Of a stretch of DNA of 64,000 nucleotides, positions 29,962-41,602 are shown one piece after another. Position 1 is the first letter of the stretch, and each line of letters opens with the position of its first letter. Position numbers and translations under genes: made by a program. The notes beneath the pieces were generated by a model. That model ran no database searches. It was not told the DNA's origin and saw only the letters and a program-made list of their open reading frames with translations. The DNA comes from Chitinophaga pinensis (GTDB taxonomy: Bacteria > Bacteroidota > Bacteroidia > NS11-12g > UBA9320), in assembly GCA_945897885.1 (NCBI GenBank), contig CAMDGU010000002.1:18307-82306 (forward strand), written 5' to 3'.

Positions 29962-31287
29962 ATGTCTGAATTTCAATTAGTGATGCCCAAAATGGGGGAA
30001 AGTATTGCGGAAGCAACTATTATCAGATGGCTTAAAAACGAAGGTGATAAGATAGAAATTGATGAAGCTATATTAGAAATAGCAACAGATAAAGTTGATA
30101 GTGAAGTTCCTACTCCAAAAGGTGGAATTTTAAGCAAAAAATTATTTAATGATGGGGATATAGTCAAAGTTGGTGCGCCTGTAGCCATTATTTTAACCGA
30201 AGGTGAAATAGCCTCAACTCTCGAAAATACTTCTGTTACCAATGATACCGTTAAATTTACTGAAGCGGTTAAAGTAGCGGAAAATTTTGTGACCAATGCA
30301 ATTGAAAGCACTGATACATCTGCTATTTCAGGCAACAAATTTTATTCACCATTGGTATTGAATATTGCCCGCGCTGAAGGTGTTAGTATGACAGAATTAG
30401 AAAAAATTACAGGTACAGGAAAAGATGAACGTTTGACAAAACGTGATATCTTGGAATACGTTGAAAATAAAGGCAAAAAGCCTGCAACTGTTGATACAAT
30501 TTCTATTCCATCAACCCCTTCAATTGCAGTAAGCGAACCCGCAAAACCAGCTCAGAAGCCCGCTATTTCTTTGGGTAATGGTGATGAAATAATTGAAATG
30601 GATAGAATGCGAAAACTTATTGCCGACCACATGGTAATGAGTGTAAGCACATCGCCTCATGTAACTTCTTTTGTTGAAGCCGATGTAACCAATTTGGTAA
30701 ACTGGCGCAACAAGATGAAGGAAGTATTTAAAAATCGTGAAGGTGAAAACTTGACATTTACTCCTTTATTTATTGAAGCTTTAGTTAAAGCCATCAAAGA
30801 TTTCCCGATGATAAATATTTCTTTGGATGGCACCAATATCATAAAACGTAAAAATATTAATGTTGGAATGGCTGCGGCATTGCCAAGCGGAAACTTAATT
30901 GTTCCGGTTATTAAAAATGCGGATAGCATGAATCTATTAGGCCTGGCAAAAGCAGTAAATGATTTAGCCAACCGTGCCAGAATGAACAAGCTTACTCCTG
31001 ATGATATTCAAGGTGGAACCTACACTTTAACCAATGTAGGTACATTTGGAAACGTTTTAGGTACACCAATTATTAACCAACCGCAAGTAGCTATTATGGC
31101 TACCGGTGCTATACGCAAAAAGCCTGCTGTATTGGAAACTGAATACGGTGATGTAATTGCCATCAGACACATGATGTATTTAAGTCATAGTTACGACCAC
31201 CGCGTTGTGGATGGTGCTTTAGGTGGCAGTTTTGTAAGAAGGGTGGCTGACTATTTAGAAAACTGGGATATAAATAGAGAAATTTAA
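29962..31287 (+). CDS. 2-oxoacid dehydrogenase complex E2 component (dihydrolipoyllysine-residue acyltransferase)
   Basis: N-terminal lipoyl domain with [12 protein letters not shown] lipoyl-lysine motif. Pro/Ala-rich linkers. C-terminal catalytic domain with [17 protein letters not shown]. Confidence 0.85.
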   Translation: MSEFQLVMPKMGESIAEATIIRWLKNEGDKIEIDEAILEIATDKVDSEVPTPKGGILSKKLFNDGDIVKVGAPVAIILTEGEIASTLENTSVTNDTVKFTEAVKVAENFVTNAIESTDTSAISGNKFYSPLVLNIARAEGVSMTELEKITGTGKDERLTKRDILEYVENKGKKPATVDTISIPSTPSIAVSEPAKPAQKPAISLGNGDEIIEMDRMRKLIADHMVMSVSTSPHVTSFVEADVTNLVNWRNKMKEVFKNREGENLTFTPLFIEALVKAIKDFPMINISLDGTNIIKRKNINVGMAAALPSGNLIVPVIKNADSMNLLGLAKAVNDLANRARMNKLTPDDIQGGTYTLTNVGTFGNVLGTPIINQPQVAIMATGAIRKKPAVLETEYGDVIAIRHMMYLSHSYDHRVVDGALGGSFVRRVADYLENWDINREI

Positions 31288-31499
31288 AGGGTTTCTAAAT
31301 ACAATTCCTCTACCTTTTTTCTGGCCCAGGGAGTTTTTCGTAAAAAAACCAAACTGGATTTTATACTTGGATTTTCATTGAAACACCTAATATTTATTCT
31401 TATACCCAATTGTTCCCAACCATAATAATCCACTAAATGGTTTAAAATTTTTTCAAGAGTAATTCCATACAATGGGTTATTTGGTTGCGGAGAATTCAT
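31284..31499 (-). CDS. Small conserved protein (about 71 aa), DUF2132/VF530-like
   Basis: [32 protein letters not shown]... Family recalled, not verified. Start re-placed at ATG 31499. Overlaps the E2 stop by 4 nt (convergent). Confidence 0.45.
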   Translation of the reverse strand: MNSPQPNNPLYGITLEKILNHLVDYYGWEQLGIRINIRCFNENPSIKSSLVFLRKTPWARKKVEELYLETL

Positions 31500-31734
31500 A
31501 AAAAGCAATTGTTAAAAAAAATAAAACTCTTATTTAATCAGCGAAATAAACATTAAATTTTTGCTTTTTTTAACCCAATTTAAGGGTAAAAACGCTTAGA
31601 AAGAGTATTTTTTATCCGTTAGATTTTGACACAAAGATACTTTTAAAAAACCGATTACTTTTCAACATTCGTTTGTATGGCATATATTTTATGATAGATT
31701 TGTGTAATTATTTTTATTTAATCAATAAAATTTA

Positions 31735-31893
31735 ATGCCTAAAATTTGTAATGCTATGAAAAAAAATGTACAAAAACTTAATGAATTCAAGGGGGTAAAA
31801 TCCTCCGACAAGGACAATGAGCAGAAGCAAAATTCGTCAGCTATTTCAAATCTTTTTAAACGTATAGAAAGCAGCAGGAAGTTTGCTTTGTAA
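31735..31893 (+). CDS. Possible small (52 aa) Lys-rich protein, unannotated ORF below the track length cutoff
   Basis: ATG...TAA ORF MPKICNAMKKNVQKLNEFKGVKSSDKDNEQKQNSSAISNLFKRIESSRKFAL in an otherwise empty 400-bp spacer. No other support. Confidence 0.2.
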   Translation: MPKICNAMKKNVQKLNEFKGVKSSDKDNEQKQNSSAISNLFKRIESSRKFAL

Positions 31894-31908
31894 ACTTTAT
31901 GGGATTGA

Positions 31909-34572
31909 TTAAAACAAATTAATCTGAATCGTCTTTACCTGATTTGCTTCGTCATCATCTTCCCCATCATCATTGGGTTTTTCATTATTTTTTGATAACT
32001 CTTTAACTACATCATCATCAGAAGGCTCAATTATTAAAGGAATTTCTTCCTCTTCAATAACAGGCTCCGGTGTGATATCCTCAAATGATTTTAAGGTATC
32101 ATAGGTTAGTTTATTTCCCAATGATTTCCATCCTTTCACTCCTATAAACTCAACCAAATATATTTCCTTTTCCTCTTTTTCATTTTTCTTATTCACTGTT
32201 TTAATAAGCAAGACGGGATTAGTTTTATCAGTTATGTAGGTAAGCAAGTTTCCTTTGCCTTCTTGTATAAAGATGAATTTTTTACCAATAGTGGTGGTTT
32301 CTATTTTAAAGCGTTTTACATAGTGTTGCTTTTCATCGGCCACATAATGCATGCAGCTCAAAATCATTTCAGGATTGTATTTACGGATTAATTCAATGTC
32401 CTTAGGTTCATAATGGTTGGTTAGTTCAAAGTCGGTCATTCCATAGCTGCCGTCTTTATAAATCACCAAAATTTTATCTTCGTTATCAAAACGTCCTAAG
32501 TAATCACCTCTTCCATCTGAATTTAGGCGACCAATGGCGGGTTCAAAATAAATGGCCCGGCCTCCAATAGTGCTGCGGCCTTTTTCTTTAAGCGTAACTT
32601 TACGAACCTGAAATTTACTTAGTGTATTTCCAATGCTATTTCGGTTTTTTATGGCAAGGTCGGCAAAGTTGTAATCAAATACTTTTATACGAGCTTTACT
32701 CATATTGCTCAATTGTACATTTATTATCTCTGCCTCGCCATTAGGGTTAGCTGAAAAATAGAGAATTTTAGAACCGGGTTTTCCCTGTGTTACATCATAT
32801 TCCTTATCGCGTGTGATGCCAGTAATGGTAAACCGTTTTACAAAATATTTGCGGCTTAATCCTTCCAGATAAACAACATTATAAACCTTGCGGTCGTCAT
32901 TTTTTCGGAATACATCTACATGAATCAGATTTTTTCCAAAAAAGGCCTTATCAGCAACCTTACTGATAGTGTATTTTCCATCTTCACGAATGGCAATCAC
33001 ATCATCTAAATCAGAGCAATCGCATATATACTGGTCTTTCTTAAGTCCATACCCAACAAAACCCTCTTCCAAATTAGCATATAGTTTTTGATTGGCCACA
33101 GCTACTATATTGGCTTCAATACTATCAAACTGACGAATTTCTGTTTTGCGTTCTTTGCCCTTACCAAATTGCTTTAATAAAGCTTCAAAATATCGGATAG
33201 CAAATTTTATCAGGTTTTCTAAATGATTGTTTACCTCATCCAATTCCGTTTCCAAACCTTTCATGTATTCATCTGCTTTAAAAGCATCAAATTTTGAAAT
33301 ACGCTTGATTCTAATTTCTGTAAGTTTGGTAATATCCTCTGTGGTGACTTCTCTTCTTAGGCTTGGCTTAAATGGTTCCAAACCTTTATCAATGGTTTCT
33401 ATTATTTCATCCCAGGTTTCGCATTCTTCAATATCTCTGTAAATTCTATTTTCAATAAATATTTTTTCGAGACTGCTAAAATGCCATTTTTCTTCCAGTT
33501 CTCCCCGTCTGATTTCCAATTCCAATTTCAGCAAATCAACTGTAGAATCGGTGCATTGTTTTAAAATATCATTTACATCTAAAAAATGCGGCTTGTCTCC
33601 AAATATCACACAAGCATTCGGAGAAATACTCGATTCACAATCTGTAAAAGCATAAAGGGCATCAATGGTTTTATCTGTTGATATACCAGGAGCCAATTGA
33701 ATTTCAATTTCAAGATCTTTGGCAGTATTATCTACAACCTTTTTTATTTTTATTTTCCCTTTATCGTTGGCTTTAATTATCGAATCAATAATACTTCCGG
33801 TAGTTGTGCCAAAAGGAATTTCTTTTATTAGGAGTGTTTTTTTATCCTTTTCTTCTATTCTTGCTCTTACTCTTATCCTTCCGCCTCGTTTCCCTCCATT
33901 ATAATTACTGAAATCAGCCATTCCACCGGTTGGAAAATCGGGCATAATATTGGTTGTTTTGCCGTTTAAAATAGCAATGCTTGCCTCTATTAATTCAATA
34001 AAATTATGCGGCAAAATTTTGGTGCTTAACCCTACGGCAATTCCTTCCACACCTTGCGCCAGCAATAAAGGAAACTTCATTGGCAAGGTTACCGGTTCAC
34101 GGTTTCTGCCATCATAACTTCTTTGCCAGTTGGTGGTTTTAGGATTAAAAGCTACTTGTAAAGCAAATTTTGATAACCTTGCCTCAATATATCTGGGAGC
34201 TGCTGCACTATCGCCGGTACGTATATCGCCCCAGTTTCCTTGCATGTCTATGAGCAATTCTTTTTGGCCAAGATTTACAAAGGCATCGCCAATGGCTGCA
34301 TCACCATGCGGGTGGTATTTCATGGTGTTACCAATAACATTAGCCACCTTATTATAACGGCCATCCTCCATTTCCCACATGCTATGAAGAATCCTTCGCT
34401 GCACGGGTTTTAGGCCATCTTCTAAAGCAGGAACAGCACGTTCAAGAATAACATATGAGGCATAATCTAAAAACCAATTTTGGTACATACCGGCCACAGG
34501 AATAACCTTGGGGTCGTCATGCCTTAATTCGTTATCAGTGTTTTCGTTCTCTATTGGTAATTCTTCGTCCAT
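31909..34572 (-). CDS. parC: DNA topoisomerase IV subunit A (type IIA topoisomerase A subunit; GyrA box absent), acidic C-terminal tail
   Basis: N-terminus YASYVILERAVPALEDGLKPVQRRIL and catalytic region. 887 aa. C-terminal DDGEDDDE tail. Downstream of and co-oriented with the B subunit. Confidence 0.8.
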   Translation of the reverse strand: MDEELPIENENTDNELRHDDPKVIPVAGMYQNWFLDYASYVILERAVPALEDGLKPVQRRILHSMWEMEDGRYNKVANVIGNTMKYHPHGDAAIGDAFVNLGQKELLIDMQGNWGDIRTGDSAAAPRYIEARLSKFALQVAFNPKTTNWQRSYDGRNREPVTLPMKFPLLLAQGVEGIAVGLSTKILPHNFIELIEASIAILNGKTTNIMPDFPTGGMADFSNYNGGKRGGRIRVRARIEEKDKKTLLIKEIPFGTTTGSIIDSIIKANDKGKIKIKKVVDNTAKDLEIEIQLAPGISTDKTIDALYAFTDCESSISPNACVIFGDKPHFLDVNDILKQCTDSTVDLLKLELEIRRGELEEKWHFSSLEKIFIENRIYRDIEECETWDEIIETIDKGLEPFKPSLRREVTTEDITKLTEIRIKRISKFDAFKADEYMKGLETELDEVNNHLENLIKFAIRYFEALLKQFGKGKERKTEIRQFDSIEANIVAVANQKLYANLEEGFVGYGLKKDQYICDCSDLDDVIAIREDGKYTISKVADKAFFGKNLIHVDVFRKNDDRKVYNVVYLEGLSRKYFVKRFTITGITRDKEYDVTQGKPGSKILYFSANPNGEAEIINVQLSNMSKARIKVFDYNFADLAIKNRNSIGNTLSKFQVRKVTLKEKGRSTIGGRAIYFEPAIGRLNSDGRGDYLGRFDNEDKILVIYKDGSYGMTDFELTNHYEPKDIELIRKYNPEMILSCMHYVADEKQHYVKRFKIETTTIGKKFIFIQEGKGNLLTYITDKTNPVLLIKTVNKKNEKEEKEIYLVEFIGVKGWKSLGNKLTYDTLKSFEDITPEPVIEEEEIPLIIEPSDDDVVKELSKNNEKPNDDGEDDDEANQVKTIQINLF

Positions 34573-34623
34573 TTATTTTTAAACTTTTAAAAAGTTTTAA
34601 CTTTTTGAAAGTTGCTACTAATT

Positions 34624-36501
34624 TTATGCCTCTATTTCTTGAGCCTCTTCCACCGGAACATAGTCAGTATCCAACTCAATTACTAAATTATTAATTATAA
34701 ATTCTTGCCGTTCAGGAGTATTTTTACCCATATAGTAATCCAAAATTTTCTCAATTGAAATTTCCTGAGTTACGATAACAGGGTCTAATCGTATTTCCTC
34801 ACCTATAAACAATCCAAATTCATCCGGACTTATTTCTCCTAATCCTTTAAATCGTGTTATCTCTACTTTATCTTTAAGTTTTGTAATGGCTGCTTGTTTC
34901 TCAACTTCGCTGTAACAATAAATTGTTTTTTGTTTATTTCTTACCCTAAACAAGGGGGTATCTAAGATATACAAATGTCCATTACGCACGAGGTCAGGGA
35001 AAAATTGCAAAAAGAACGTCATTAATAGTAAACGTATGTGCATTCCGTCCACATCAGCATCTGTAGCCACTACAATATTGTTATATCTTAAATTTTCTAA
35101 ACCATCTTCAATATCTAAGGCGTGTTGAAGTAGGTTAAACTCCTCGTTTTCATATACAACTTTTTTGGTTAAACCATAACAATTTAAAGGCTTTCCCCTT
35201 AAACTAAAAACTGCCTGTAAATCTACGTTTCGTGATTTTGTAATACTTCCACTTGCTGAATCACCCTCGGTTATAAAAAGGGTGGTATTGTAGCGGGTTT
35301 CATCTTTTTCATCGGTAAAATGAGTTCTGCAATCTCTTAACTTCTTGTTATGTAAATTTGCTTTTTTAGCCCTTTCATTTGCCAGTTTACGAATGCCTGC
35401 CATTTCCTTACGTTCTTTTTCGCTTCGCGAAATACGCTTGAGCATGGCCTCAGCTATGGTAGGGTTTTTGTGAAGGTAGTCGTCTAAGTGTTTTTTTATG
35501 AAATCATAAATAAAAGCTTTAACGGTTGGCCCATCCGGCCCCATATCAGCACTTCCCAATTTTGTTTTGGTTTGAGACTCAAAAACAGGCTCCTGAACCC
35601 TAACACTTAATGCAGCTGTTATACAAGAGCGAATATCGCTGGCATCAAAATCTTTTTTATAAAACTCGCGAATGGTTTTTACAAACGCTTCTTTAAAGGC
35701 TTGTAAATGCGTTCCACCTTGTGTAGTATTTTGTCCATTAACAAAGGTGTGATAATCTTCACCGTAATGGTTATCGTGAGAAAAAGCCAATTCGATATCA
35801 TCTGCTTTTAAATGAATGATGGGATAATTAAGTTCATCCTCATTGGTTTTGCGTCGCAGCAAATCCAATAAACCATTTTTGGAAAAAAACTTATTACCAT
35901 TATAGTTAACAGTAAGTCCAGAATTAAGATAAGCATAATTCCAAAGTTGGTTGTCTATAAACTCGTTAATAAACCGGTAATGTTTAAAAATAGAATCATC
36001 CGGTATAAATTCTATCATAGTGCCGTTGGGTTGGTCTAACTCAAGGTCTTTTTCACCAATTAATTCTCCTTTAGCAAATTCAGCTATCTTGCTTTTTCCT
36101 TCTCTTACTGATTGAACTTTAAAATAATTTGATAAAGCATTTACCGCTTTTGTACCCACCCCGTTTAGTCCTACTGATTTTTGAAAGGCTTTGGAATCAT
36201 ATTTTCCACCAGTGTTTATTTTTGAGACACATTCCAAAACCTTTCCTAATGGAATTCCTCTGCCAAAATCACGTATAGTTGCTTTGCCTTCTTCTATTTT
36301 AATATCAATTTTACTGCCATTTCCCATAACGTGCTCGTCTATGGAATTGTCAATAATTTCTTTTAGCAATACATAAATACCGTCATCGGCAGATGAGCCA
36401 TTGCCCAACTTACCTATGTACATACCCGGCCTGAGACGGATATGTTCCTTCCAATCAAGGGATTTTATGCTATCTTCGTCATATCTTACTTCTTGTGCCA
36501 A
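34624..36501 (-). CDS. parE: DNA topoisomerase IV subunit B (GHKL ATPase + TOPRIM)
   Basis: [12 protein letters not shown] ATPase motifs, and TOPRIM EGDSA. 625 aa, which is ParE-length rather than GyrB-length. Confidence 0.8.
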   Translation of the reverse strand: MAQEVRYDEDSIKSLDWKEHIRLRPGMYIGKLGNGSSADDGIYVLLKEIIDNSIDEHVMGNGSKIDIKIEEGKATIRDFGRGIPLGKVLECVSKINTGGKYDSKAFQKSVGLNGVGTKAVNALSNYFKVQSVREGKSKIAEFAKGELIGEKDLELDQPNGTMIEFIPDDSIFKHYRFINEFIDNQLWNYAYLNSGLTVNYNGNKFFSKNGLLDLLRRKTNEDELNYPIIHLKADDIELAFSHDNHYGEDYHTFVNGQNTTQGGTHLQAFKEAFVKTIREFYKKDFDASDIRSCITAALSVRVQEPVFESQTKTKLGSADMGPDGPTVKAFIYDFIKKHLDDYLHKNPTIAEAMLKRISRSEKERKEMAGIRKLANERAKKANLHNKKLRDCRTHFTDEKDETRYNTTLFITEGDSASGSITKSRNVDLQAVFSLRGKPLNCYGLTKKVVYENEEFNLLQHALDIEDGLENLRYNNIVVATDADVDGMHIRLLLMTFFLQFFPDLVRNGHLYILDTPLFRVRNKQKTIYCYSEVEKQAAITKLKDKVEITRFKGLGEISPDEFGLFIGEEIRLDPVIVTQEISIEKILDYYMGKNTPERQEFIINNLVIELDTDYVPVEEAQEIEA

Positions 36502-36735
36502 TTGGATAGTTTTTATTAGGAAATGCGAATTTAAAGACCTAACTGATTTTTGTATTCAAAAGATATAAACAAAGCACTTACAAACTAGGGACACAGGTAT
36601 AAAATCTTATACTTTACCCGTTAAAACAAAACAATTAAACAAATTTTATTTGCAGGTAATCACTTTAAAGTAGTTTCATTATTTACTATCACCACAGCGC
36701 ACTTCGTTGTAATTAATTATTTATAAACACCTTAA

Positions 36736-36768
36736 ATTAATTAATAACTAACCTAGTTATTAATTAAT
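36736..36768. promoter_or_regulatory. Perfect 15-bp inverted repeat with 3-bp spacer (ATTAATTAATAACTA-acc-TAGTTATTAATTAAT); candidate operator upstream of the T9SS cargo / SprF operon
   Basis: Read directly from the sequence. Centred about 50 nt upstream of the ATG at 36802, in the 300-bp spacer between the divergent parE and the T9SS cargo gene. Confidence 0.5.
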
Positions 36769-36801
36769 AATATTAATTTGCACTCTATATCTTTTAAAAC
36801 G

Positions 36802-39800
36802 ATGAAACTAAAAATACTTTTAATGTTATGTGTACTGGCTTTTGCACCATCGCTTCAGGCCGCCCGATGGTATGTAAATGTGAACACTGGTGATGACTCT
36901 TATAATGGAAAAGATTCCGTTTGGGATTTTGCAACTACAGGCCCAAAAAAAACCATTAGTAATGCCATTTTTTCGGCATTCTGGAATGATACAATCTATA
37001 TTTCGGAAGGAATCTATCAGGAAATTCTATTGGTAGACAAACCATTGGTAATTAGAGGTAATAACTGGGGAATAAACCCATTAACAACCAAACGTAAAAA
37101 TGAAACACTAATTGTTCCTCCTTATCAAGCGTTAGGTTCCAGCATTTCGGGTAATTCAGTTATTGAAATTTTATCCGGCTATATTGATATTGATGGTTTA
37201 AAAATATTGGGTGATAACTCTATTATTCCATCGAGTTCCACTAAGTTTGGGTTAGAATATGATATTTCATTTGGAATAGGAGGCAATGGAATATATAATG
37301 ATCTTAGCTTATCAAATCTTATCATTTCACATTTTGCAACTGCCGGTATCTATTTTTCTGGCGGTATCATAGCTAATTCCGGCAATAAAATAGAAAATTG
37401 CAAAATCAAAACCGGTGATTTTTATTCAGAAGGGATAATTTTAAATGATAATTTTTATTGTGATTTAAATTTCATTACCATCGATTCTACTTATAAAGGA
37501 ATAAGTTTCAATACCTTTTCAGATAGAAGCAGCAAGTCTTATACTACATCCTATTTGAACATAGCTTCTGAAATAAGTGGCATTGCATTAAATAACTTTT
37601 CTGGTAACGTGGATTCACTAAACTTTGAATATAATGTTCTGAATCCCTTTGATGCTAATATAGATTTCACAGGATTTGATATAATTAATCTTAATTCTAA
37701 GGGTTACTTAAGAATTTCGGATAATGTTATAAACAATGCTCACAAGGGAGTTTTTATTAAAAATCACGGAAAAAATCATAAAATTAATTTTAATGCAAAC
37801 AAGTTTACAAATGGACACAATGGTATTGATATTTTTCAACCTTCAACTGCAATTGCAGATAATTTAACCTTTAATAAATCAGAATTTAAAAATTTAAATA
37901 ATTCAGCCATCCATGCACATTCCGAAGGAGGTATTTTATCAATTTCGATAAATGATACTAAAATTGGACAATCTTCTAATGGAGTTCAACTCTATGGTAA
38001 TTCAACAATTACCCCAAACAACACTGAGTTTTCGGATATAACAAACTATTATTTTTTCCTAGATTCAACATTATCAGGGCTTAAACCTTTTACTAATATA
38101 GATGCAACAGGATGTTATTATCAAGGAACACTTGGGAATAACCTAACAACCGCTGAATCTTTTTTAGTAGAAGATAAAATTCGGCACTACCTTGATAAAA
38201 GTTATATAGCGTGGATTTTATTTAATAATCAAGACCTTTTTGTAACGGCAAATGATGGAAACACAAAACTTTCATCAGCAGTTACTATAGCAAGCAACAG
38301 CTGGAATATTTATACCAAAAAATTAAATAATACCGAAACTGTAACCATTGGTAAAACACTACATTTATATCCTGAGAAAACTTCTGTTATTGGAAAAATT
38401 GTAATGCTAAGTAAAAACAAAACTTTGTATTTGCACGGAAAAATAAGTTTGAGCACCGGTTTAGAAATGATTCAAGGTTTTATTGAAACAACCACCTCTG
38501 ACAGTTTAATTGTGTATAGAAATAATTTAACAACTGTTTTAAAACCCGGGAATAGTTTAAGCTACATTAAAGGTCCATTTTATATAAAATATCATAATCT
38601 GCCTACCGGCTATTCTATTATTGATACGGTTCCTGCCGGTTTGGATAACGATTACAGACCAATTTATTTAAATGCAACATGGCCAAGTATTAGTGAAGCA
38701 ATCATTGGTTTTAAAAGTTTCATTGGCAAAGCACCTATAAGCAATTTACCTTCAACAATATCTCACATTTCGGATATCAGATATTGGTATATCTACGAGC
38801 CTTATTTATCATCAGGCTTGTCATTCAATTCTGTTGGCTTCTTATATGATAGTATTGCAACTAACGATTTGGTAAATGATCCTGCTAACTTAAGAATTGT
38901 GTATAATACTTCGGGAAACAGTTTTAATATTGGAGGAGCTGGTACTTTACCTAAAAATGGCACTATTAATAATACAATTAGTACACCAGGTTTTGGAACC
39001 TATACATTAGGCAATGCCAAAGGTGGTAATAATGTCTTATCCACCAATGAACCTATAGCAATCATAAAAACATCAGGTCATTGCTTAAATGATTCAATAA
39101 CAATCTCTGCCAGCAATTCTCGTTCTGATTCAGCAATTGCTATATGGGAATGGTCTGTTACAGGCCCGTCAACAATAATTACAACCGAAAATAAAGAAAC
39201 CATTAAAAAGAAAATAAATGTAGCAGGAAATTATACCGTTAAGTTGGTTGTTTTTAATAAAAAAGGATACTCGGATACGGCAACTCAAGTAATCACTATT
39301 GACGCCATTCCTTTGATGAGTTATACTTCAAAATCACCTTGTTTCCCAATCACCTTAGAAGCCTTTAATACATCAACCCTACCCCCATTTTCAAGTATTC
39401 AGGAAATTGAGTGGAAAATAAACGCTTCCTATTATTCAACTCCTAACCTAAAATATACACCATCCATCTCAGGTCTTCAAAAAGGGTATTTAAAAATAGT
39501 ATTAGACAACGGTTGTTCTGATACTATTGCAATTGCGGTTAACTCTCCTGTTCCTCCTACTATTACTTTAATTCCTAACGGTGATATCAAACGTTGCTCT
39601 GGCGATAGCGCCGTAGTTCTTGTAAATAAATCTACAGGTACGGTAGTTTGGAACGATGGCAAAAACTACGATACTCTAATTTTAAAATCAAATACCTTTA
39701 AAAAAGCTGTGATTTCACGATCTGCTGAATGTTTTACTTCTGATAGTTTAACATTTACAATTCTTGAACGCCCTACGGTAGATGCCGGACCAGGCTTTAC

Positions 39801-40263
39801 AACTATGCCGGGAAAACCTGTAACCTTTAAAGGCACTTCAAATGGAATGGTAGAATGGTTACCGGCAACATGGTTAAGTGATCCGACTGAACTTACCCCC
39901 ACATCTCGTCCATTGACCACCACTAAATATATTTTACGGGCTTCAAACCTTGTAGGTTGCGAAGCAAAAGATTCATTGGTTGTAAAAGTTGAAACCGAGA
40001 CTATAGCAGTTCCTAATTTACTTACTCCTAATGGTGATGGACACAACGATACTTGGGTTATTAATAATATTCCCGACTTGAGTAAGTGTTATGTTAATGT
40101 GTTTACAAGAGAAGGCATGTTGGTTTACTCCGCGTCACCTTATAAAAACGATTGGAATGGCACACGTGATTCATCTGTTTTGCCTGATGGTTATTATGTT
40201 TATGTTATTGAAAACAAAAACACAGGAAAAGTTTATACCGGTATTTTAAATATTATTAAGTAA
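36802..40263 (+). CDS. T9SS cargo protein: signal peptide, right-handed beta-helix repeat region, PKD/Ig-like domains, C-terminal type-B T9SS sorting domain
   Basis: Signal MKLKILLMLCVLAFAPSLQA from ATG 36802 (the ORF-track start is a TTG). Repetitive N/G/I-rich beta-helix segments. C-terminus VPNLLTPNGDGHNDTWVI...NVFTREGMLVYSAS...WNGT...DGYYVYVIE matches the type-B CTD. Confidence 0.85.
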   Translation: MKLKILLMLCVLAFAPSLQAARWYVNVNTGDDSYNGKDSVWDFATTGPKKTISNAIFSAFWNDTIYISEGIYQEILLVDKPLVIRGNNWGINPLTTKRKNETLIVPPYQALGSSISGNSVIEILSGYIDIDGLKILGDNSIIPSSSTKFGLEYDISFGIGGNGIYNDLSLSNLIISHFATAGIYFSGGIIANSGNKIENCKIKTGDFYSEGIILNDNFYCDLNFITIDSTYKGISFNTFSDRSSKSYTTSYLNIASEISGIALNNFSGNVDSLNFEYNVLNPFDANIDFTGFDIINLNSKGYLRISDNVINNAHKGVFIKNHGKNHKINFNANKFTNGHNGIDIFQPSTAIADNLTFNKSEFKNLNNSAIHAHSEGGILSISINDTKIGQSSNGVQLYGNSTITPNNTEFSDITNYYFFLDSTLSGLKPFTNIDATGCYYQGTLGNNLTTAESFLVEDKIRHYLDKSYIAWILFNNQDLFVTANDGNTKLSSAVTIASNSWNIYTKKLNNTETVTIGKTLHLYPEKTSVIGKIVMLSKNKTLYLHGKISLSTGLEMIQGFIETTTSDSLIVYRNNLTTVLKPGNSLSYIKGPFYIKYHNLPTGYSIIDTVPAGLDNDYRPIYLNATWPSISEAIIGFKSFIGKAPISNLPSTISHISDIRYWYIYEPYLSSGLSFNSVGFLYDSIATNDLVNDPANLRIVYNTSGNSFNIGGAGTLPKNGTINNTISTPGFGTYTLGNAKGGNNVLSTNEPIAIIKTSGHCLNDSITISASNSRSDSAIAIWEWSVTGPSTIITTENKETIKKKINVAGNYTVKLVVFNKKGYSDTATQVITIDAIPLMSYTSKSPCFPITLEAFNTSTLPPFSSIQEIEWKINASYYSTPNLKYTPSISGLQKGYLKIVLDNGCSDTIAIAVNSPVPPTITLIPNGDIKRCSGDSAVVLVNKSTGTVVWNDGKNYDTLILKSNTFKKAVISRSAECFTSDSLTFTILERPTVDAGPGFTTMPGKPVTFKGTSNGMVEWLPATWLSDPTELTPTSRPLTTTKYILRASNLVGCEAKDSLVVKVETETIAVPNLLTPNGDGHNDTWVINNIPDLSKCYVNVFTREGMLVYSASPYKNDWNGTRDSSVLPDGYYVYVIENKNTGKVYTGILNIIK

Positions 40264-40269
40264 AAAATC

Positions 40270-41586
40270 ATGAAGTTAATTCGTATATCAATATTAGCAG
40301 TAGTTTGCAGTTTATCTCATTCAGCTATTGCACAACAAACGCCCTTGTTTGGATTTAATTCGTATTTATTAAATGTTTCTAATCCTTCCATGACAAGAAC
40401 TGTATCACCTGTCAATGTTACATTGGCAGGAAGAAAATACTGGACCGGTATTCAAGGAAGTCCCGAAGCATTTATAGGATCTTTTTCCATGTCTCCTTCT
40501 CAATATAAATCAGCTTTTGGTGGTTTCTTTTGGGCCGAAAAAGCTCCTATGATGAACAAACAAGTAATGGGATTAAATTATGCCTATGCAATTAAGAACA
40601 TGGACGAATCAAATAACCTAAGATTTGGAGCAGGTCTTGATTTTATATCCGTAAGTTCAAATACATCCTCTATTTTAACACCAGATTACAACGATCCATT
40701 TTATACAGCATTATTAAACAATACTCGTTCATCTGTTGACTTCAGAACCGGGGTTACGTGGAATAATGAATTACTTGAAATTGGAGTAGCTATGCAACAG
40801 CTTATTCAAAGTAAAAATACTGTTGGTGAAACGATTAATGGAAAGTTGGTTTTTAATAATCCTTTAATTACAAATGGACACGTTAAATACACCATAGCTC
40901 CGAGCGAAGATGTTAAAATTACCCCTTTGGTATTTTGGCAGGTACAAAATGCTATTCCTGTAAGAGTTGATATAAATGTGTTAGCTGAAAAAACTGGCAA
41001 ACTTTGGGGTGGGGCTTGGTTAAGACCAAAATCAGGATACGGTGTTATGGGCGGATTATGGGTTTTACCTGATGTAAAAGTTGGCTATATGTATGAAAAA
41101 TCTTTTTTCAAAGGTTTAACAAAACTTGGGAATTCACATGAATTAATGGTAAGCTATTCTCCAGCTAAAAAAGATAAAGAAGAAATTGATACGGATAAGT
41201 ATGAGGCTCCAAAACCTGCTGAAAAACCTATGCCTAAAATTATAAGGGTTAGAGATACCATTGTAATTGTTAAAGAAACCCGTGTTATTGAAACCGTTAA
41301 AGAACCCTCTAAATCTTCAACCCCTCCTACCAAACCAACATCACCTAAGGCGACTACTACAGGTTATTTCTATATCATTACCGGACTTTATTCTTTAGAA
41401 AGCAATGCCAAATTATTGGTTAAAAAACTAGAAGCCGATGGCTACAAAGCATCATTAATTAAAAAACCTGACACCGAGCAGTTCTATGTTTCAGTTGGTA
41501 GTTTTAAAACAAGTGAAGAAGCTCAACAATACAAATCAAGTCATCCTAATCCAAAATACACCTTTTGGGTAAAGGAAATCAAATAG
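40270..41586 (+). CDS. PorP/SprF-family T9SS outer-membrane protein fused to a C-terminal Pro/Thr-rich linker and SPOR (peptidoglycan-binding) domain
   Basis: N-terminus after the signal peptide, QQTPLFGFNSYLLNVSNPSMT, matches the PorP/SprF start motif. About 300-aa beta-barrel region. Linker PKPAEKPMPKI...STPPTKPTSPKATTTG. C-terminal YFYIITGLYSLESNAKLLVKKLEADGYKASLIKKPDTEQFYVSVGSFKTSEEAQQY is SPOR-like. 6-nt gap to the cargo gene. Confidence 0.75.
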   Translation: MKLIRISILAVVCSLSHSAIAQQTPLFGFNSYLLNVSNPSMTRTVSPVNVTLAGRKYWTGIQGSPEAFIGSFSMSPSQYKSAFGGFFWAEKAPMMNKQVMGLNYAYAIKNMDESNNLRFGAGLDFISVSSNTSSILTPDYNDPFYTALLNNTRSSVDFRTGVTWNNELLEIGVAMQQLIQSKNTVGETINGKLVFNNPLITNGHVKYTIAPSEDVKITPLVFWQVQNAIPVRVDINVLAEKTGKLWGGAWLRPKSGYGVMGGLWVLPDVKVGYMYEKSFFKGLTKLGNSHELMVSYSPAKKDKEEIDTDKYEAPKPAEKPMPKIIRVRDTIVIVKETRVIETVKEPSKSSTPPTKPTSPKATTTGYFYIITGLYSLESNAKLLVKKLEADGYKASLIKKPDTEQFYVSVGSFKTSEEAQQYKSSHPNPKYTFWVKEIK

Positions 41587-41602
41587 AATATTTCATTAAA
41601 TC

